Source of the DNA: Wolbachia endosymbiont strain TRS of Brugia malayi
GTDB lineage: Bacteria > Pseudomonadota > Alphaproteobacteria > Rickettsiales > Anaplasmataceae
Length of the DNA stretch: 32,000 bases
Assembly: GCF_000008385.1 (NCBI RefSeq)
Contig: NC_006833.1
Coordinates: 30,001 to 62,000 of the forward strand
Direction: 5' to 3'
Notes under the pieces: model-generated
What the model was told of the DNA's origin: nothing
The model's input: the letters and a program-made list of their open reading frames with translations, nothing else
Database searches by the model: none
Shown here: positions 17,028-27,221 of the stretch, piece after piece
Layout of the letters: every line of letters begins with the position of its first letter
How positions within the stretch are numbered: the first letter of the stretch is position 1
Program-made: the position numbers and the translations under genes

Positions 17028-19478
17028 ATGGCATTATTGATAGTTGAGTCACCTGCGAAGGCAAGGACGATAAGTAAATATTTAAGTAAAGAGTTTAAAG
17101 TTGCTGCATCTTTTGGACATGTGAGAGATCTTCCAGTGAAGAACGGTTCTGTTGATCCGGATAATGATTTTGCTATAAAGTATGAAATTATTGAGAAGGC
17201 AGAGAAATATGTAAAAGAGCTAGTAAAGGAGGCAAGTCAAACATCAGATATATATCTTGCAACAGACCCAGATAGAGAAGGGGAAGCAATAGCCTGGAAT
17301 GTAATAGAGGCACTGAAGGAGAGGAAAGCAATCAATGATAAAAGCAACATTTATAGAGTGGTCTTTAATGAGATAACAAAAAGGGCGGTGCAAGAGGCAG
17401 TAAAGAATCCACGTGAAATAAATATGGACTTAGTGCGCGCGCAGCAAGCACGGAGAGCTTTGGATTATCTAGTTGGATTTAGCTTGTCACCACTGCTGTG
17501 GACAAAATTGTCTGGAAGCAAATCTGCAGGGCGAGTGCAGTCTGTTGCATTAAAGCTTATATGCGAACGAGAAGATGAAATTAGTAAATTTGTATCACAA
17601 GAGTATTGGAGCATAAGGGCAGAAATAAAAGATAGCAAAGGCGAGACGTTTTTTGCTATGCTCAGCCACTATGATAATAAAAAGCTAGAAAAATTTGATA
17701 TTAAGAACGAAGAAGAAGCAAAAGGCTTAGTTAAGCAAATTGAATCAAGGCAATATGCTGTAAGCACAGTAGAACGCAAGCAAGTTAAGAGAAATCCACT
17801 GCCTCCATTCATTACTTCAAGTCTTCAGCAAGATGCAGTAAATAAGCTGTATTTTAATGTGAAAAATGTTATGCGCATAGCGCAAGATTTGTATGAAGGT
17901 ATTGATATTGGTGGCGAAACTGTAGGGTTGATAACCTACATGCGTACAGATGGGTTTTATATTGCAGATGAAGCTGTAAACTCAATCAGAAGGTCAATTA
18001 AGTCATTGTATGGTAATAAATATTTACCGAAGTCTTCTCGTCAGTATGTAAAAAAGGTTAAAAATGCTCAGGAAGCGCATGAAGCAATTCGTCCAACTGA
18101 TATAGATAGAACGCCAGACAGCATTAAGGATTACTTAACGCCAGAACAATTTAAATTGTATGGTTTGATTTGGAAAAGAACCATTGCAAGTCAGATGGAA
18201 TCGGCAATCCTTGATCAAGTGGTAGTTGAAATTAGTTCTACTGATCAGAAAGTAATTCTGCGAGCAAGTGGATCGATCATATTCTTTGATGGTTTCTATA
18301 AGGTTTATAAAAATAACGTGGATGGTGAGGACGAGAGCATGATACCTACTATGAAAGAAGGTGAGGAATGCAAGCTAATTTCTGTTGACCCAGAACAACA
18401 TTTTACTCAACCTCCATCACGTTATAGTGAAGCAAGTATCGTCAAGAAAATGGAAGAAATTGGTATAGGACGTCCATCGACTTATGCAGCAATTATTTCA
18501 GTGTTACAGGATCGTGAGTACGTTACGTTGGATAATAAAAGATTTATTCCAAGCAGCCGCGGCAAGATTGTTACCATATTTTTAGAAACTTTTTTTCAGC
18601 GTTGTGTAGAGTATGATTTCACAGCACAAATGGAAGAAAAGCTCGATTTAATCTCAAACGGGCGTGCAGATTGGAAAAAGGAACTAGGTTATTTTTGGGT
18701 GCCATTTTTTAATCATGTAAACTCTGTCAAGCAAATGACGCATGATGAAATTTTTAACGGCATTCGTGATTTAGTAGTTGATTGGTTTTGTTCAGAAGAA
18801 GGAAAAAAAGAAGTAAATAAGAAATGTCCAGATTGCCCCGATGGTATATTAAAATTAAACTTTGGAAAAGCTGGGGTATTTCTTGGATGTTCTAACTATC
18901 CTACATGTACCCATACAAAAGAAATTACTGGCAGTAATGACAACTCAGAATATCCAAAAAGCTTGGGTATAGATGGTGTAACGGAACAGGAGGTGGTAAT
19001 CAAAAAAGGTCCTTTTGGCCTTTACCTGGAGTTTAATAGTGAGTCAGAAAAGAAAAAAACGGTTTCCATACCAAAAGATATAAATGTTAATGATATTGAT
19101 CTTAGTACCGCTACCAGGCTGCTCTCCTTACCAAAAGTAATTGGGGAACACCCTGAAACCGGAAAAGAGGTAAAAATAGGCCTTGGACGGTTTGGATACT
19201 ATATTTTTTATGATAGTAAATACTTTTCTCTTAAAAAAAGTTTCAAAGAGGTATTGGAGATACAATTAGATGAAGCTGTGCAAATTATTGCAAACAGCCC
19301 ACGCAAGGAGCTAAAGTCCCTTGGTTTTAATGAAAAGGGAAAAGAAGTTTTCATCTGCAATGGTAGGTATGGATTCTATATAAAATGCGGTAAAACAAAT
19401 GTTGCTTTAGGCAAAAATGCAGATATTGAAAGTGTAGATCTGAGGAGAGCTCTGGAATTGATTAAAAGTAAGAAGTAA
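17028..19478 (+). CDS. topA: DNA topoisomerase I
   Basis: 816-aa ORF with Toprim LLIVESPAKARTISKYL and DPDREGEAIAW, the catalytic Tyr region ITYMRTDG, and a C-terminal Zn-ribbon CPDCPDG...CSNYPTC. Confidence 0.95.
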   Translation: MALLIVESPAKARTISKYLSKEFKVAASFGHVRDLPVKNGSVDPDNDFAIKYEIIEKAEKYVKELVKEASQTSDIYLATDPDREGEAIAWNVIEALKERKAINDKSNIYRVVFNEITKRAVQEAVKNPREINMDLVRAQQARRALDYLVGFSLSPLLWTKLSGSKSAGRVQSVALKLICEREDEISKFVSQEYWSIRAEIKDSKGETFFAMLSHYDNKKLEKFDIKNEEEAKGLVKQIESRQYAVSTVERKQVKRNPLPPFITSSLQQDAVNKLYFNVKNVMRIAQDLYEGIDIGGETVGLITYMRTDGFYIADEAVNSIRRSIKSLYGNKYLPKSSRQYVKKVKNAQEAHEAIRPTDIDRTPDSIKDYLTPEQFKLYGLIWKRTIASQMESAILDQVVVEISSTDQKVILRASGSIIFFDGFYKVYKNNVDGEDESMIPTMKEGEECKLISVDPEQHFTQPPSRYSEASIVKKMEEIGIGRPSTYAAIISVLQDREYVTLDNKRFIPSSRGKIVTIFLETFFQRCVEYDFTAQMEEKLDLISNGRADWKKELGYFWVPFFNHVNSVKQMTHDEIFNGIRDLVVDWFCSEEGKKEVNKKCPDCPDGILKLNFGKAGVFLGCSNYPTCTHTKEITGSNDNSEYPKSLGIDGVTEQEVVIKKGPFGLYLEFNSESEKKKTVSIPKDINVNDIDLSTATRLLSLPKVIGEHPETGKEVKIGLGRFGYYIFYDSKYFSLKKSFKEVLEIQLDEAVQIIANSPRKELKSLGFNEKGKEVFICNGRYGFYIKCGKTNVALGKNADIESVDLRRALELIKSKK

Positions 19479-19541
19479 AGGCATGCATGATTTAAATTTA
19501 CTGAGACTTCATTCAATTCTAACACAGGAACTTTTCTTATA

Positions 19542-20351
19542 TTATGAAGGGTTACAATCAGAACAAACCACTTGGCCACGTGAGACTGATTTCAGCTCGT
19601 CCGCTGAAACTTGATTTGAGCAAAATATGCATTTTATTTTATTGCTTGGGGCAAGTGAGCTGTTAATGGCAATTCTATCATCAAAAACAAAACACTCACC
19701 TTCCCAGTTACCATTTTTGTTGTGAGTTCTTTCAAGGTAAGAAAGAATGCCACCTTTAAGATGGTACACATCGTTAAACCCGAGACTTTTCATATACGCT
19801 GTAGATTTTTCGCATCTAATCCCACCCGTGCAATACATGGCCACTTTCAAGTTTTTATTCTTAGAGAAAGACTTTGCCCACTGAGGAAACTCGCGAAAAT
19901 ATTGAATATATGGGTTGATTGCATTTTTAAACTTGCCTAACTTCACTTCGTATTCATTTCGTGTATCTATCACTAGAACGTCAGGTTGAGAGATAAAATC
20001 ATCCCAATGATCTGGGTCAATATATTTGCCCCTAAGAGAAGTATCAAGATTGCTTACACCAAGATTCACAATTTCTCTTTTTAACCTCACCTTCATCTTA
20101 CTAAATGGTTGATATTTTGCTGCACTTTCTTTCCATGTAAGATCTTTCAGCCTATAATCAGAGCATAGAAAATTAAATATTTTATTAATTGCATTTCTTT
20201 CACCAGATATAGTTGCATTAATGCCTTCTTCTGCAAGTAGTATGGTGCCCTTTAGCTCAAAGTTGTCACATGCAGCTTTTATTTCATCTTTCATGTCATA
20301 ATAATTAGAGAGTTTTACAAAATGGTAAAAAGTTGCTATGACAAAACTCAT
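19542..20351 (-). CDS. trhO: Rhodanese-domain protein of the UPF0176/YceA (TrhO) family
   Basis: 269-aa ORF with N-terminal ATFYHFVKL, the rhodanese active-site loop CTGGIRCEK and a C-terminal Cys cluster. Confidence 0.75.
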   Translation of the reverse strand: MSFVIATFYHFVKLSNYYDMKDEIKAACDNFELKGTILLAEEGINATISGERNAINKIFNFLCSDYRLKDLTWKESAAKYQPFSKMKVRLKREIVNLGVSNLDTSLRGKYIDPDHWDDFISQPDVLVIDTRNEYEVKLGKFKNAINPYIQYFREFPQWAKSFSKNKNLKVAMYCTGGIRCEKSTAYMKSLGFNDVYHLKGGILSYLERTHNKNGNWEGECFVFDDRIAINSSLAPSNKIKCIFCSNQVSADELKSVSRGQVVCSDCNPS

Positions 20352-20472
20352 GATTATTAACTTATCAACTTAGAACATAATATACAAAATTATAAAGATA
20401 TTCAATAGATCAGCTCTGGATATCTTCAGCTTTTATATATAACATTTTAATATTAAATATGGATTTAATTTA

Positions 20473-22071
20473 ATGTTTTTAAAAGTATTTAAAAGTATAT
20501 TCTTATTTCTAGTAAGTATATTATTTGTCTGCCCTATACTATCATTAGTGTCGATTCTATTTACAGAATCGACAAATTCTGAGTGGGTAATCAGCACACT
20601 TTTTCCTGAATATATACTTAATACGTTAATTTTGATGATAGGGGTTGGAAGTATATCTTTTATATTTGGAGTGATTCCAGCTTGGCTCACCACATTTTTT
20701 TCATTCCCTGGGAGTAGAATTTTTGAGGTTGCTTTATTTTTTCCAATATCAATTCCCGGATATATAATATCGTTTGTTTACGTCAACTCATTAGAATTTT
20801 CAGGTCCAACACAAAGTTTATTAAGAGAAATTTTTCACTGGGGTAAAGGTGATTATTGGTTTCCTGAGATAAAGTCTCTAGGCGGTGGAATATTAGTGAT
20901 GGGATTCAGTTTATATACATACGTTTACATATTAGTCCGCTCAAATCTAAAGAATGTTAGCAACTCAGTTACTGTTGCATCAACACTTGGGTTCTCTTCT
21001 TTACAGAGCTTATTTTCTGTCGTTATTCCCTCTATACGTCCGTCAATTATAGCTGGGATATCCTTGGTGTTAATGGAGGTAATTACAGATTTTGGTACAC
21101 CACAATTTCTTGCGATTGACACCTTTACCACAGGAATATATCGCACCTGGTTTTTACTGCATGATAAATATTCAGCTGCTGTTTTAGCAGTTGCAGAATT
21201 GGTCTTCATTACAGCACTGATAGCTGTCGAGAAAATTCTACAAAAAAAGGAAATATCCTACTCTGCCATTAATACTAATTCAGATTATCATAACAAACGG
21301 AGTATAAGTGGTGCTATACCATTAGTTTTCGCTTATGCTATGTGTATATTGCCGATATTAGTAGGTTTTGCTTTGCCGATTATTCCACTCATATATTGGA
21401 GCATAGAGAAGGGATTTTTCATATACGGAGCAAGATTCTATAACATAATAGCAAATAGCATTGGCTTATCGTTTATCACTGCAATGATCTCAGTTAGTAT
21501 TGCAATAATGATAGGATGTACGGCACGTAAGAATAAGGTGATCAACAATATAGCGCGTCTAATTTCTTTAGGCTATGCGATTCCAAATGCAGTTATTGCT
21601 ATTAGTATAATAATATTTTTAAGCAAGATATCTTCTTTTATTACTCAATACTTTACAGAAATAAGCTTGGTAGGAACTGTTGGTGCTTTGATTTACTCAT
21701 ATTTATTTCGTTTTTTTGCCATATCTTTCAAAGCAATAGAATCAGGGCTTAAAAAAACACCTAATGAAATTGAGTGGATCGCATATACTATGGGCCATGG
21801 ACCCATTTCCACGTGTCTGAATATTCATATTCCTCTCATAAAGAAAAGTATATTATCAGGATTTTTGCTTGTATTTATGGATACTATTAAAGAGCTTACA
21901 GCAACACTCATTATCAGGCCATTTAATTTTGAAACTATATCAACTAGAATATATGAACTTGTAAGCGATGAACGTTATAGAGAAGCTGCCCCATTTTCGT
22001 TAATGATAGTTATAACTGGCTTAATCTCTACAATAATCTTATTTAAGCTTGATGATGAAAATAAAAAATAG
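20473..22071 (+). CDS. ABC transporter permease with two fused transmembrane domains (iron(III)/FbpB-like)
   Basis: 532-aa polytopic ORF with two repeats of the binding-protein-dependent permease fold (for example EVITDFGTPQFL and DTIKELTATLIIRP). Confidence 0.65.
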   Translation: MFLKVFKSIFLFLVSILFVCPILSLVSILFTESTNSEWVISTLFPEYILNTLILMIGVGSISFIFGVIPAWLTTFFSFPGSRIFEVALFFPISIPGYIISFVYVNSLEFSGPTQSLLREIFHWGKGDYWFPEIKSLGGGILVMGFSLYTYVYILVRSNLKNVSNSVTVASTLGFSSLQSLFSVVIPSIRPSIIAGISLVLMEVITDFGTPQFLAIDTFTTGIYRTWFLLHDKYSAAVLAVAELVFITALIAVEKILQKKEISYSAINTNSDYHNKRSISGAIPLVFAYAMCILPILVGFALPIIPLIYWSIEKGFFIYGARFYNIIANSIGLSFITAMISVSIAIMIGCTARKNKVINNIARLISLGYAIPNAVIAISIIIFLSKISSFITQYFTEISLVGTVGALIYSYLFRFFAISFKAIESGLKKTPNEIEWIAYTMGHGPISTCLNIHIPLIKKSILSGFLLVFMDTIKELTATLIIRPFNFETISTRIYELVSDERYREAAPFSLMIVITGLISTIILFKLDDENKK

Positions 22072-22094
22072 ATTTATGATGGCAATCAGTTGGT

Positions 22095-22499
22095 TTAATG
22101 TGGCCTAATGTTTGTGTATGGGCTATCTAAAGAAAAAGACGGTATTGTGACCTCGAAAACTTTTGTGTTTTCTTCATTTAGAAATTCGTACTTACCTTGC
22201 ATTATTCCTGACGGTGCATTCAAGTATGTTCCGCTTGTGTATTTAAATACCTCTCCAGGTTTTATCACAGGCTGCTCTCCAATAACACCAGCCCCAACAA
22301 TTTCATTTATCTTTCCTTTGTAGTCTATTATTTGCCAATGGCGGCTCAGCAATTGAATAGTTGATAGGCTTTTATTTTTTATCTTGACATTGTACATCCA
22401 TACATAGCAATTTTCATAAGGAATAGATTGCTCCTCAATATAGACTGGCAAAACTGTAACTTCAACAGAGTTAGTAGTAAGTGTATATTCTAAAGTCAT
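22095..22499 (-). CDS. apaG: ApaG (DUF525) protein
   Basis: It has the motif [22 protein letters not shown]. The ORF track starts at a TTG (22562). The ATG at 22499 ([14 protein letters not shown]) gives the usual length of about 134 aa. Confidence 0.8.
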   Translation of the reverse strand: MTLEYTLTTNSVEVTVLPVYIEEQSIPYENCYVWMYNVKIKNKSLSTIQLLSRHWQIIDYKGKINEIVGAGVIGEQPVIKPGEVFKYTSGTYLNAPSGIMQGKYEFLNEENTKVFEVTIPSFSLDSPYTNIRPH

Positions 22500-22603
22500 G
22501 ACAGAGTATTCATGATAGAAAAGTAATACTTTAATTATACACTGTTTTCGTAGATTCTTCAAGCATATTGTAGTATTCTGATTAAGAATTGTTTATCAAT
22601 TAT

Positions 22604-23677
22604 ATGAGCAAATCAGACATACTTTGTAAAAGAGTGATAGGAATAGTGGGTAGTGGACAATTAGGTAAAATGACCGCTATTGCTGCGACAAAGCTTGGGC
22701 AAGAAACACATATTTTCGCTAATGCTAAAGATGATCCTGCTTGCTCTGTTGCTAATAATTTAACAATAGCAGATTTTTCTGATAAGAAGGCGCTTGAATC
22801 TTTTGCACAGAGTGTGAGTTTAGTTACTATTGAATCTGAAAATATTCCATGTGACGCAATTGATATTATGTCACAATATGTAGATTTTTATCCAGGTAAA
22901 AGAGCATTACACATTTCACAAAATAGGCTTAGAGAGAAAGATTTTATTAGAAATTTAGGTATAAGAACCGCTGATTATAAAAGTATACAAGATCATAACG
23001 ATCTATTAGAAGTCACTAGAGCTTTTGGCTATCCAACAAGGCTAAAAACAACAGAAATGGGTTACGATGGGAAGGGACAATATATGATTGGGAATGATTC
23101 TCAAGTAGAGCGATTTGCTTCCTTTGATTGGAATGCACAGTACATTCTCGAGGCAAGTGTTGACTTACTAAAAGAGGTTTCAATTGTTGTTACAAGGGAT
23201 AAAAATGGTAAAGTAGCTTTTTTTCCTGTGGCAGAAAATCACCATGTCGATGGAATACTTGATACTTCAATAGTGCCAGCTAAAGTAGATAGCAAATTAG
23301 TTCAAGAGATACAACAAACCGCGGAGAAAATAGCAGATGCACTTGATGTAGTGGGAATTCTAGCTATTGAGTTTTTCATTACTAAAAATAGTGAACTGCT
23401 AGTCAATGAACTAGCTCCAAGACCTCACAATTCTTGCCACTGGAGCTTGGATGCATGTAATGTTAGTCAATTCGAGCAACTGATTAGGGTAATATGTAAG
23501 TTACCTATGCAAGAAGTGGTGTTGCGCTTTCCTTGTATGACGAAAAACATAATAGGTAATGATGTATATAATACTTACAAGTATTTGAGTGACAAAAGAG
23601 CCAATTTGACTATATATGGAAAAAAAGAGGTTAGAGGTAGGCGTAAAATGGGGCATGTTAATATAGATTTAAGTTAG
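22604..23677 (+). CDS. purK: N5-carboxyaminoimidazole ribonucleotide synthase PurK
   Basis: ATP-grasp ORF with IGIVGSGQLG and ELAPRPHNSCHW. The ORF track begins at TTG 22589, and the first ATG is at 22604. Confidence 0.85.
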   Translation: MSKSDILCKRVIGIVGSGQLGKMTAIAATKLGQETHIFANAKDDPACSVANNLTIADFSDKKALESFAQSVSLVTIESENIPCDAIDIMSQYVDFYPGKRALHISQNRLREKDFIRNLGIRTADYKSIQDHNDLLEVTRAFGYPTRLKTTEMGYDGKGQYMIGNDSQVERFASFDWNAQYILEASVDLLKEVSIVVTRDKNGKVAFFPVAENHHVDGILDTSIVPAKVDSKLVQEIQQTAEKIADALDVVGILAIEFFITKNSELLVNELAPRPHNSCHWSLDACNVSQFEQLIRVICKLPMQEVVLRFPCMTKNIIGNDVYNTYKYLSDKRANLTIYGKKEVRGRRKMGHVNIDLS

Positions 23678-23782
23678 CATGCTATACCTCTCACGATTAC
23701 ACAAACGTTTGTTTTCGAAAACGGTGCATTAAGTTTCATAGCCAGTTTTGCCTTAAACACAAGAATCACTGGCATCCAGAAA

Positions 23783-23802
23783 AGTTTGCTTATGAGCAAA
23801 CT
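23783..23802 (-). terminator. Conserved module hairpin; in this copy it is followed by a short U-run on the minus strand
   Basis: AGTTTGCT / AGCAAACT forms an 8-bp stem with a 4-nt loop. The minus strand continues TTTCTGG. It is homologous to apical stem 412-430 of copy A. Confidence 0.4.
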
Positions 23803-23897
23803 GATAATAGCACCATTTATTGGCTTCATAAATTGCAACTAACCTTTATTATAAATATTTAAGAAATTTACCAAGGAGAAAAAAGGCAAAAGAAACC

Positions 23898-24065
23898 CTA
23901 TGTTAGATAGTGTTTACTCTCTAATCCTGCAAATTGGCATACTATATTGTCTTTATAAGCACGTTTCAGCTTATATAGGTAGAACATAGAAATGTTGTGA
24001 AGACATAAAGTACACATGGTATAAAGAATTAAACATAAGATGTCAACTACATGATACTTCGTCAT
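23898..24065 (-). CDS. Small hydrophobic Cys-rich peptide, 55 aa, inside module copy D; paralog of 490-654
   Basis: I translated it by hand: ATG at 24065-24063, TAG at 23900-23898, giving MTKYHVVDILCLILYTMCTLCLHNISMFYLYKLKRAYKDNIVCQFAGLESKHYLT. It shares its start context and its stop position in the TAGGGTT block with copy A. Confidence 0.45.
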   Translation of the reverse strand: MTKYHVVDILCLILYTMCTLCLHNISMFYLYKLKRAYKDNIVCQFAGLESKHYLT

Positions 24066-24208
24066 TTAATCTGCACAGACTAGGGATAACTGAATACCTT
24101 CAGCTCTGTGGTGAGGGGTCTGGCAGAATTTGTCAAGTATTTTTTTCGTTTCACTTGAATGACACCATTGGTATGCAAATTTTCTTCGAACTACAGCGCA
24201 CGTGTACT

Positions 24209-25252
24209 CTATATGCACTTGATTGATAAATGCTCCCTCGTCAAGATCTCCAAAATTTGTACTATATTCAGTGCCGCACCTTTGCGTAGATTATCAGCCA
24301 CTATCCACATATTTAATCCATGTTCAACAGTATTGTCTTTTCTAATACGTGATACGTATACTGCATTCTCCTGTACGACATCAATTTGGGTTATATATTT
24401 GCCGTCTTTTCGCCTATCATACACTAAAATTCCGGTATCTTCAACTTCACTTAGCATTTCACGAGCTTGTTCTTCAGTTATGTGCTGGTAAAACTCTACA
24501 TTTACTGCTATAGCATGACCAATAAAAACGGGCACCCTTACACAAGTTGCAGTAACTTTTATATCTGCCTCTAGGATTTTTTTTGTTTCCTCTTGCATTT
24601 TCCATTCCTCTTTTGTAGAACCATCTTCCATAAACTCTCCTATATGAGGAATGCAATTGAATGCTATTTGCTTAGGGAATATTTCAGGCTTTTTGGCTTC
24701 ATTTGTGAAGATTTTTTTTGTCTGATTATAGAGTTCATCCATTGCTGCTTTGCCTGCACCAGAGGTTGATTGATAAGTTGAAGCAACGATTCTCTTTATT
24801 TTTGCTTTTTGGTATAATAAATGTAGCACTAACAGCATCTGTATTATAGTACAGTTTGGATTGGATATTATGTTGTGGTTTTTGTATTCCATGATTTTTT
24901 CTTTGTTAATTTCTGGAATGATTAGTGGTACACCTTCTTTCATCCTAAAATAAGAGCTGTTATCTATTACGATACATCCAGCTTCAGTTGCAATCGGTAC
25001 GTACTTTTCCGAAACATGGTACCCAGCACAGAAGATGGCTATATCAATATCAGCAAAGTCATAATTTTCAAGGCATAAAACAGTTAATTCTTCGTTACCA
25101 AAACTCACCTTTTTTCCCTTTGATTTTTTTGATGCAAATGTAATAACAGAATCTATCGAAATTTTTCCCTCGTCTTGGAACTCAGCAAGTATGCTTAGTA
25201 CTTCGTGTCCTACTCTACCGGTTGCTCCAACAACAGCAATTTTTTGTCCCAT
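24209..25252 (-). CDS. asd: Aspartate-semialdehyde dehydrogenase
   Basis: It has IAVVGATGRVG (NAD binding) and SNPNCTIIQM (active-site Cys). The ORF track starts at GTG 25270, and the ATG at 25252 gives MGQKIAVVG. Confidence 0.9.
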   Translation of the reverse strand: MGQKIAVVGATGRVGHEVLSILAEFQDEGKISIDSVITFASKKSKGKKVSFGNEELTVLCLENYDFADIDIAIFCAGYHVSEKYVPIATEAGCIVIDNSSYFRMKEGVPLIIPEINKEKIMEYKNHNIISNPNCTIIQMLLVLHLLYQKAKIKRIVASTYQSTSGAGKAAMDELYNQTKKIFTNEAKKPEIFPKQIAFNCIPHIGEFMEDGSTKEEWKMQEETKKILEADIKVTATCVRVPVFIGHAIAVNVEFYQHITEEQAREMLSEVEDTGILVYDRRKDGKYITQIDVVQENAVYVSRIRKDNTVEHGLNMWIVADNLRKGAALNIVQILEILTREHLSIKCI

Positions 25253-25394
25253 ATAAATTAAAATTCTCACTTCAAAATTATATTATATTTTTACTGGCAG
25301 GAATTTACAATTATTTTAATATTTTTACCTTGCAATTAATTGTAATTTAGTTATTATTATGCAATATTAATAATATTACATAATAAAGTGAGAG

Positions 25395-25808
25395 ATGAGC
25401 AAAAAATATGATGAAACTAAGGTGAAACCTGCAATATCTACATCTCAAGAACCTAAGAGAATTAATGGGTCAAAGTTTCAAAGTGTTCTCTCAAAAAGAA
25501 GATATGATATAAATTTTGATGATAAAAAGTATGCTGTAAAAACTGTTAAAACACGGTTTCTAGAAACGGAACAACAGTCTTCGAAGCTAAGAGATTTATT
25601 GGAATCAATACCTGTGATAGGAAGATTTTTAGCAAAAATTTTCACATCTGAAAAAGAGACATATAAAAAGCTACAATTGCAAATAGATCGCTCTAGTAAG
25701 ATAAGAAATGAGTCTCGCATAGATGATAAATATACAGAAGAAATAAGCAGCAAGCTTAAGAAGAGTAATATTGAACAAGTGGATGACAAAAAAAGTCGTA
25801 GTCCATAA
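25395..25808 (+). CDS. Hypothetical Lys-rich protein
   Basis: 137-aa ORF with no motif I recognise and one amphipathic stretch, LLESIPVIGRFLAKIF. It lies in an otherwise empty interval between asd and the permease. Confidence 0.4.
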   Translation: MSKKYDETKVKPAISTSQEPKRINGSKFQSVLSKRRYDINFDDKKYAVKTVKTRFLETEQQSSKLRDLLESIPVIGRFLAKIFTSEKETYKKLQLQIDRSSKIRNESRIDDKYTEEISSKLKKSNIEQVDDKKSRSP

Positions 25809-25842
25809 ATATCAAATATTTCAAGAGCATCTGGTATAATAT

Positions 25843-27120
25843 TTATTGTGCGGAAGCTCTTCGGTACCAAAATAAATAAAGAGGTATACCACTCGTGGTA
25901 AATAAGCTTGCAATTAACAAGGTATTTATAGAAGTTTCAAGTATCACCCAGCAACAAAAGGTTGTTGCTATACTGCCAGTTAAAAGCTTGTGATAATTTC
26001 TCTCCTTTATAACAACCTTTAGAAAAGCAAGACTGCATGCAAGGTAGACGAATAAAAATGAAACTACAGAGAAGTCGATAATCGATGTAATCTGCTGAGC
26101 AAAATTGTTATTTGAAGTGAGGATTAGTAAAATTGCAGTTCCAGATGAGCTAGTTGTTATTCCCCAAAAAGGGGATCCATGTTCATTCCTTTTAGCAAAG
26201 AGTTGTGGCATCAGTCTATCTTTTGCAAGACCAAAAGCAACTTGTCCGCTAGATAAGACCCAGGCGTTTAAACTGCCAACACAGAAAACGAATGCAACTA
26301 TAGAAATAATCAAATGCCAGTTACCAGAAAACATAATTTTTATCGCATCAACGTATGGTGCTCTTGAGTTTGCTAGGTCATTACCGTTTATTAAACCCAT
26401 GATTGCAAAGTTGTTGATAAAATATATGATAGCAACACAGATTGTTCCAAGTACTACAGCTCTTGGTATAGTTTTTGCTGGATTGTTGACTGATCCTGCA
26501 GGTGCTGTTGCCAATTCAACTCCAACGAAACACCATAAAGTCAGGAGTGTAGAACGAGCGAGGATCTGTGATATTGTAAGGCTTGACATTTCTTTACTTA
26601 TGATGAAATTGTTTCTATTGAAAAAAAACAATGCCATTACAGGTATTGCAAGCAATACGGCAATTTTTATAACCGTCAATAGAAACTCAACGCGTCCAGC
26701 GGTCGCTACTCCTCTTAAGTTTATTAATGTAATAATTGTAAATAATAACAGTTCTAAGAACAAATGTATATTTTTGATCTCCTCATGGAGAAATGGCGTA
26801 AGGTAGCCAACACCTACAACTATCAAAGCTGTTGTGCTAACCCATGAGATTACCCAATACGTCCAACCAACAAAGAAGGCTGCAGTAGGGCCAAAAGCAT
26901 GTTTTACATAAACGTGGGGACCTCCAGTTTCTGGAAACTTTGCACATAGTGTAGCAAAAACTAAAGCAAGAGACACAGCACCAAATCCTGATATCGCCCA
27001 GCTTATGAGGCTATAAGTGCTGTATGGTGCGAGGCTAATCGGCAGCATAAAAATCCCAGAGCCAATTTGACTACTGATTACTAAAGCAAAAACAGCCAAA
27101 AAACCTATTTTATTTGACAT
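25843..27120 (-). CDS. APC-superfamily amino acid permease (basic amino acid/polyamine antiporter-like), paralog 1
   Basis: 425-aa polytopic ORF with the N-terminal motif SSQIGSGIFMLP. It is colinear with the adjacent paralog. Confidence 0.8.
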   Translation of the reverse strand: MSNKIGFLAVFALVISSQIGSGIFMLPISLAPYSTYSLISWAISGFGAVSLALVFATLCAKFPETGGPHVYVKHAFGPTAAFFVGWTYWVISWVSTTALIVVGVGYLTPFLHEEIKNIHLFLELLLFTIITLINLRGVATAGRVEFLLTVIKIAVLLAIPVMALFFFNRNNFIISKEMSSLTISQILARSTLLTLWCFVGVELATAPAGSVNNPAKTIPRAVVLGTICVAIIYFINNFAIMGLINGNDLANSRAPYVDAIKIMFSGNWHLIISIVAFVFCVGSLNAWVLSSGQVAFGLAKDRLMPQLFAKRNEHGSPFWGITTSSSGTAILLILTSNNNFAQQITSIIDFSVVSFLFVYLACSLAFLKVVIKERNYHKLLTGSIATTFCCWVILETSINTLLIASLFTTSGIPLYLFWYRRASAQ

Positions 27121-27221
27121 AATACCTCTTAATTCTATTAGTGTAAGTCAGTAGTATAATCTGATTCCCAAGAATTTTAATAAATAAAAAATTATGTTTT
27201 TAAGTTAAGCTTTTAGGAAGG

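Larger units (their letters stand above)
23700..24155 (-). repeat. Copy D of the intergenic module (intact small ORF, AT-rich tail)
   Basis: Its + strand aligns with copy A's + strand across all blocks. It lies about 50 nt 3' of the asd stop on the same strand. TTGACA (reverse complement) is at 24131-24136. Confidence 0.8.

Noticed and set aside
23674-23829. 51-codon minus-strand ORF (MKPINGAIISLLISKLFWMPVILVFKAKL...) in the tail of module copy D.
   Set aside because: The equivalent tail in copies A and C has no matching frame. The conserved RNA hairpin (23783-23802) lies inside it, and there is no RBS. RNA structure explains the sequence better.
26105-26806. 233-aa plus-strand ORF antisense to permease paralog 1.
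   Set aside because: The homologous region of paralog 2 is split into three short ORFs (27472-27756, 27757-27945, 27952-28164). The frame is therefore not conserved. It is a by-product of codon usage on the coding strand.
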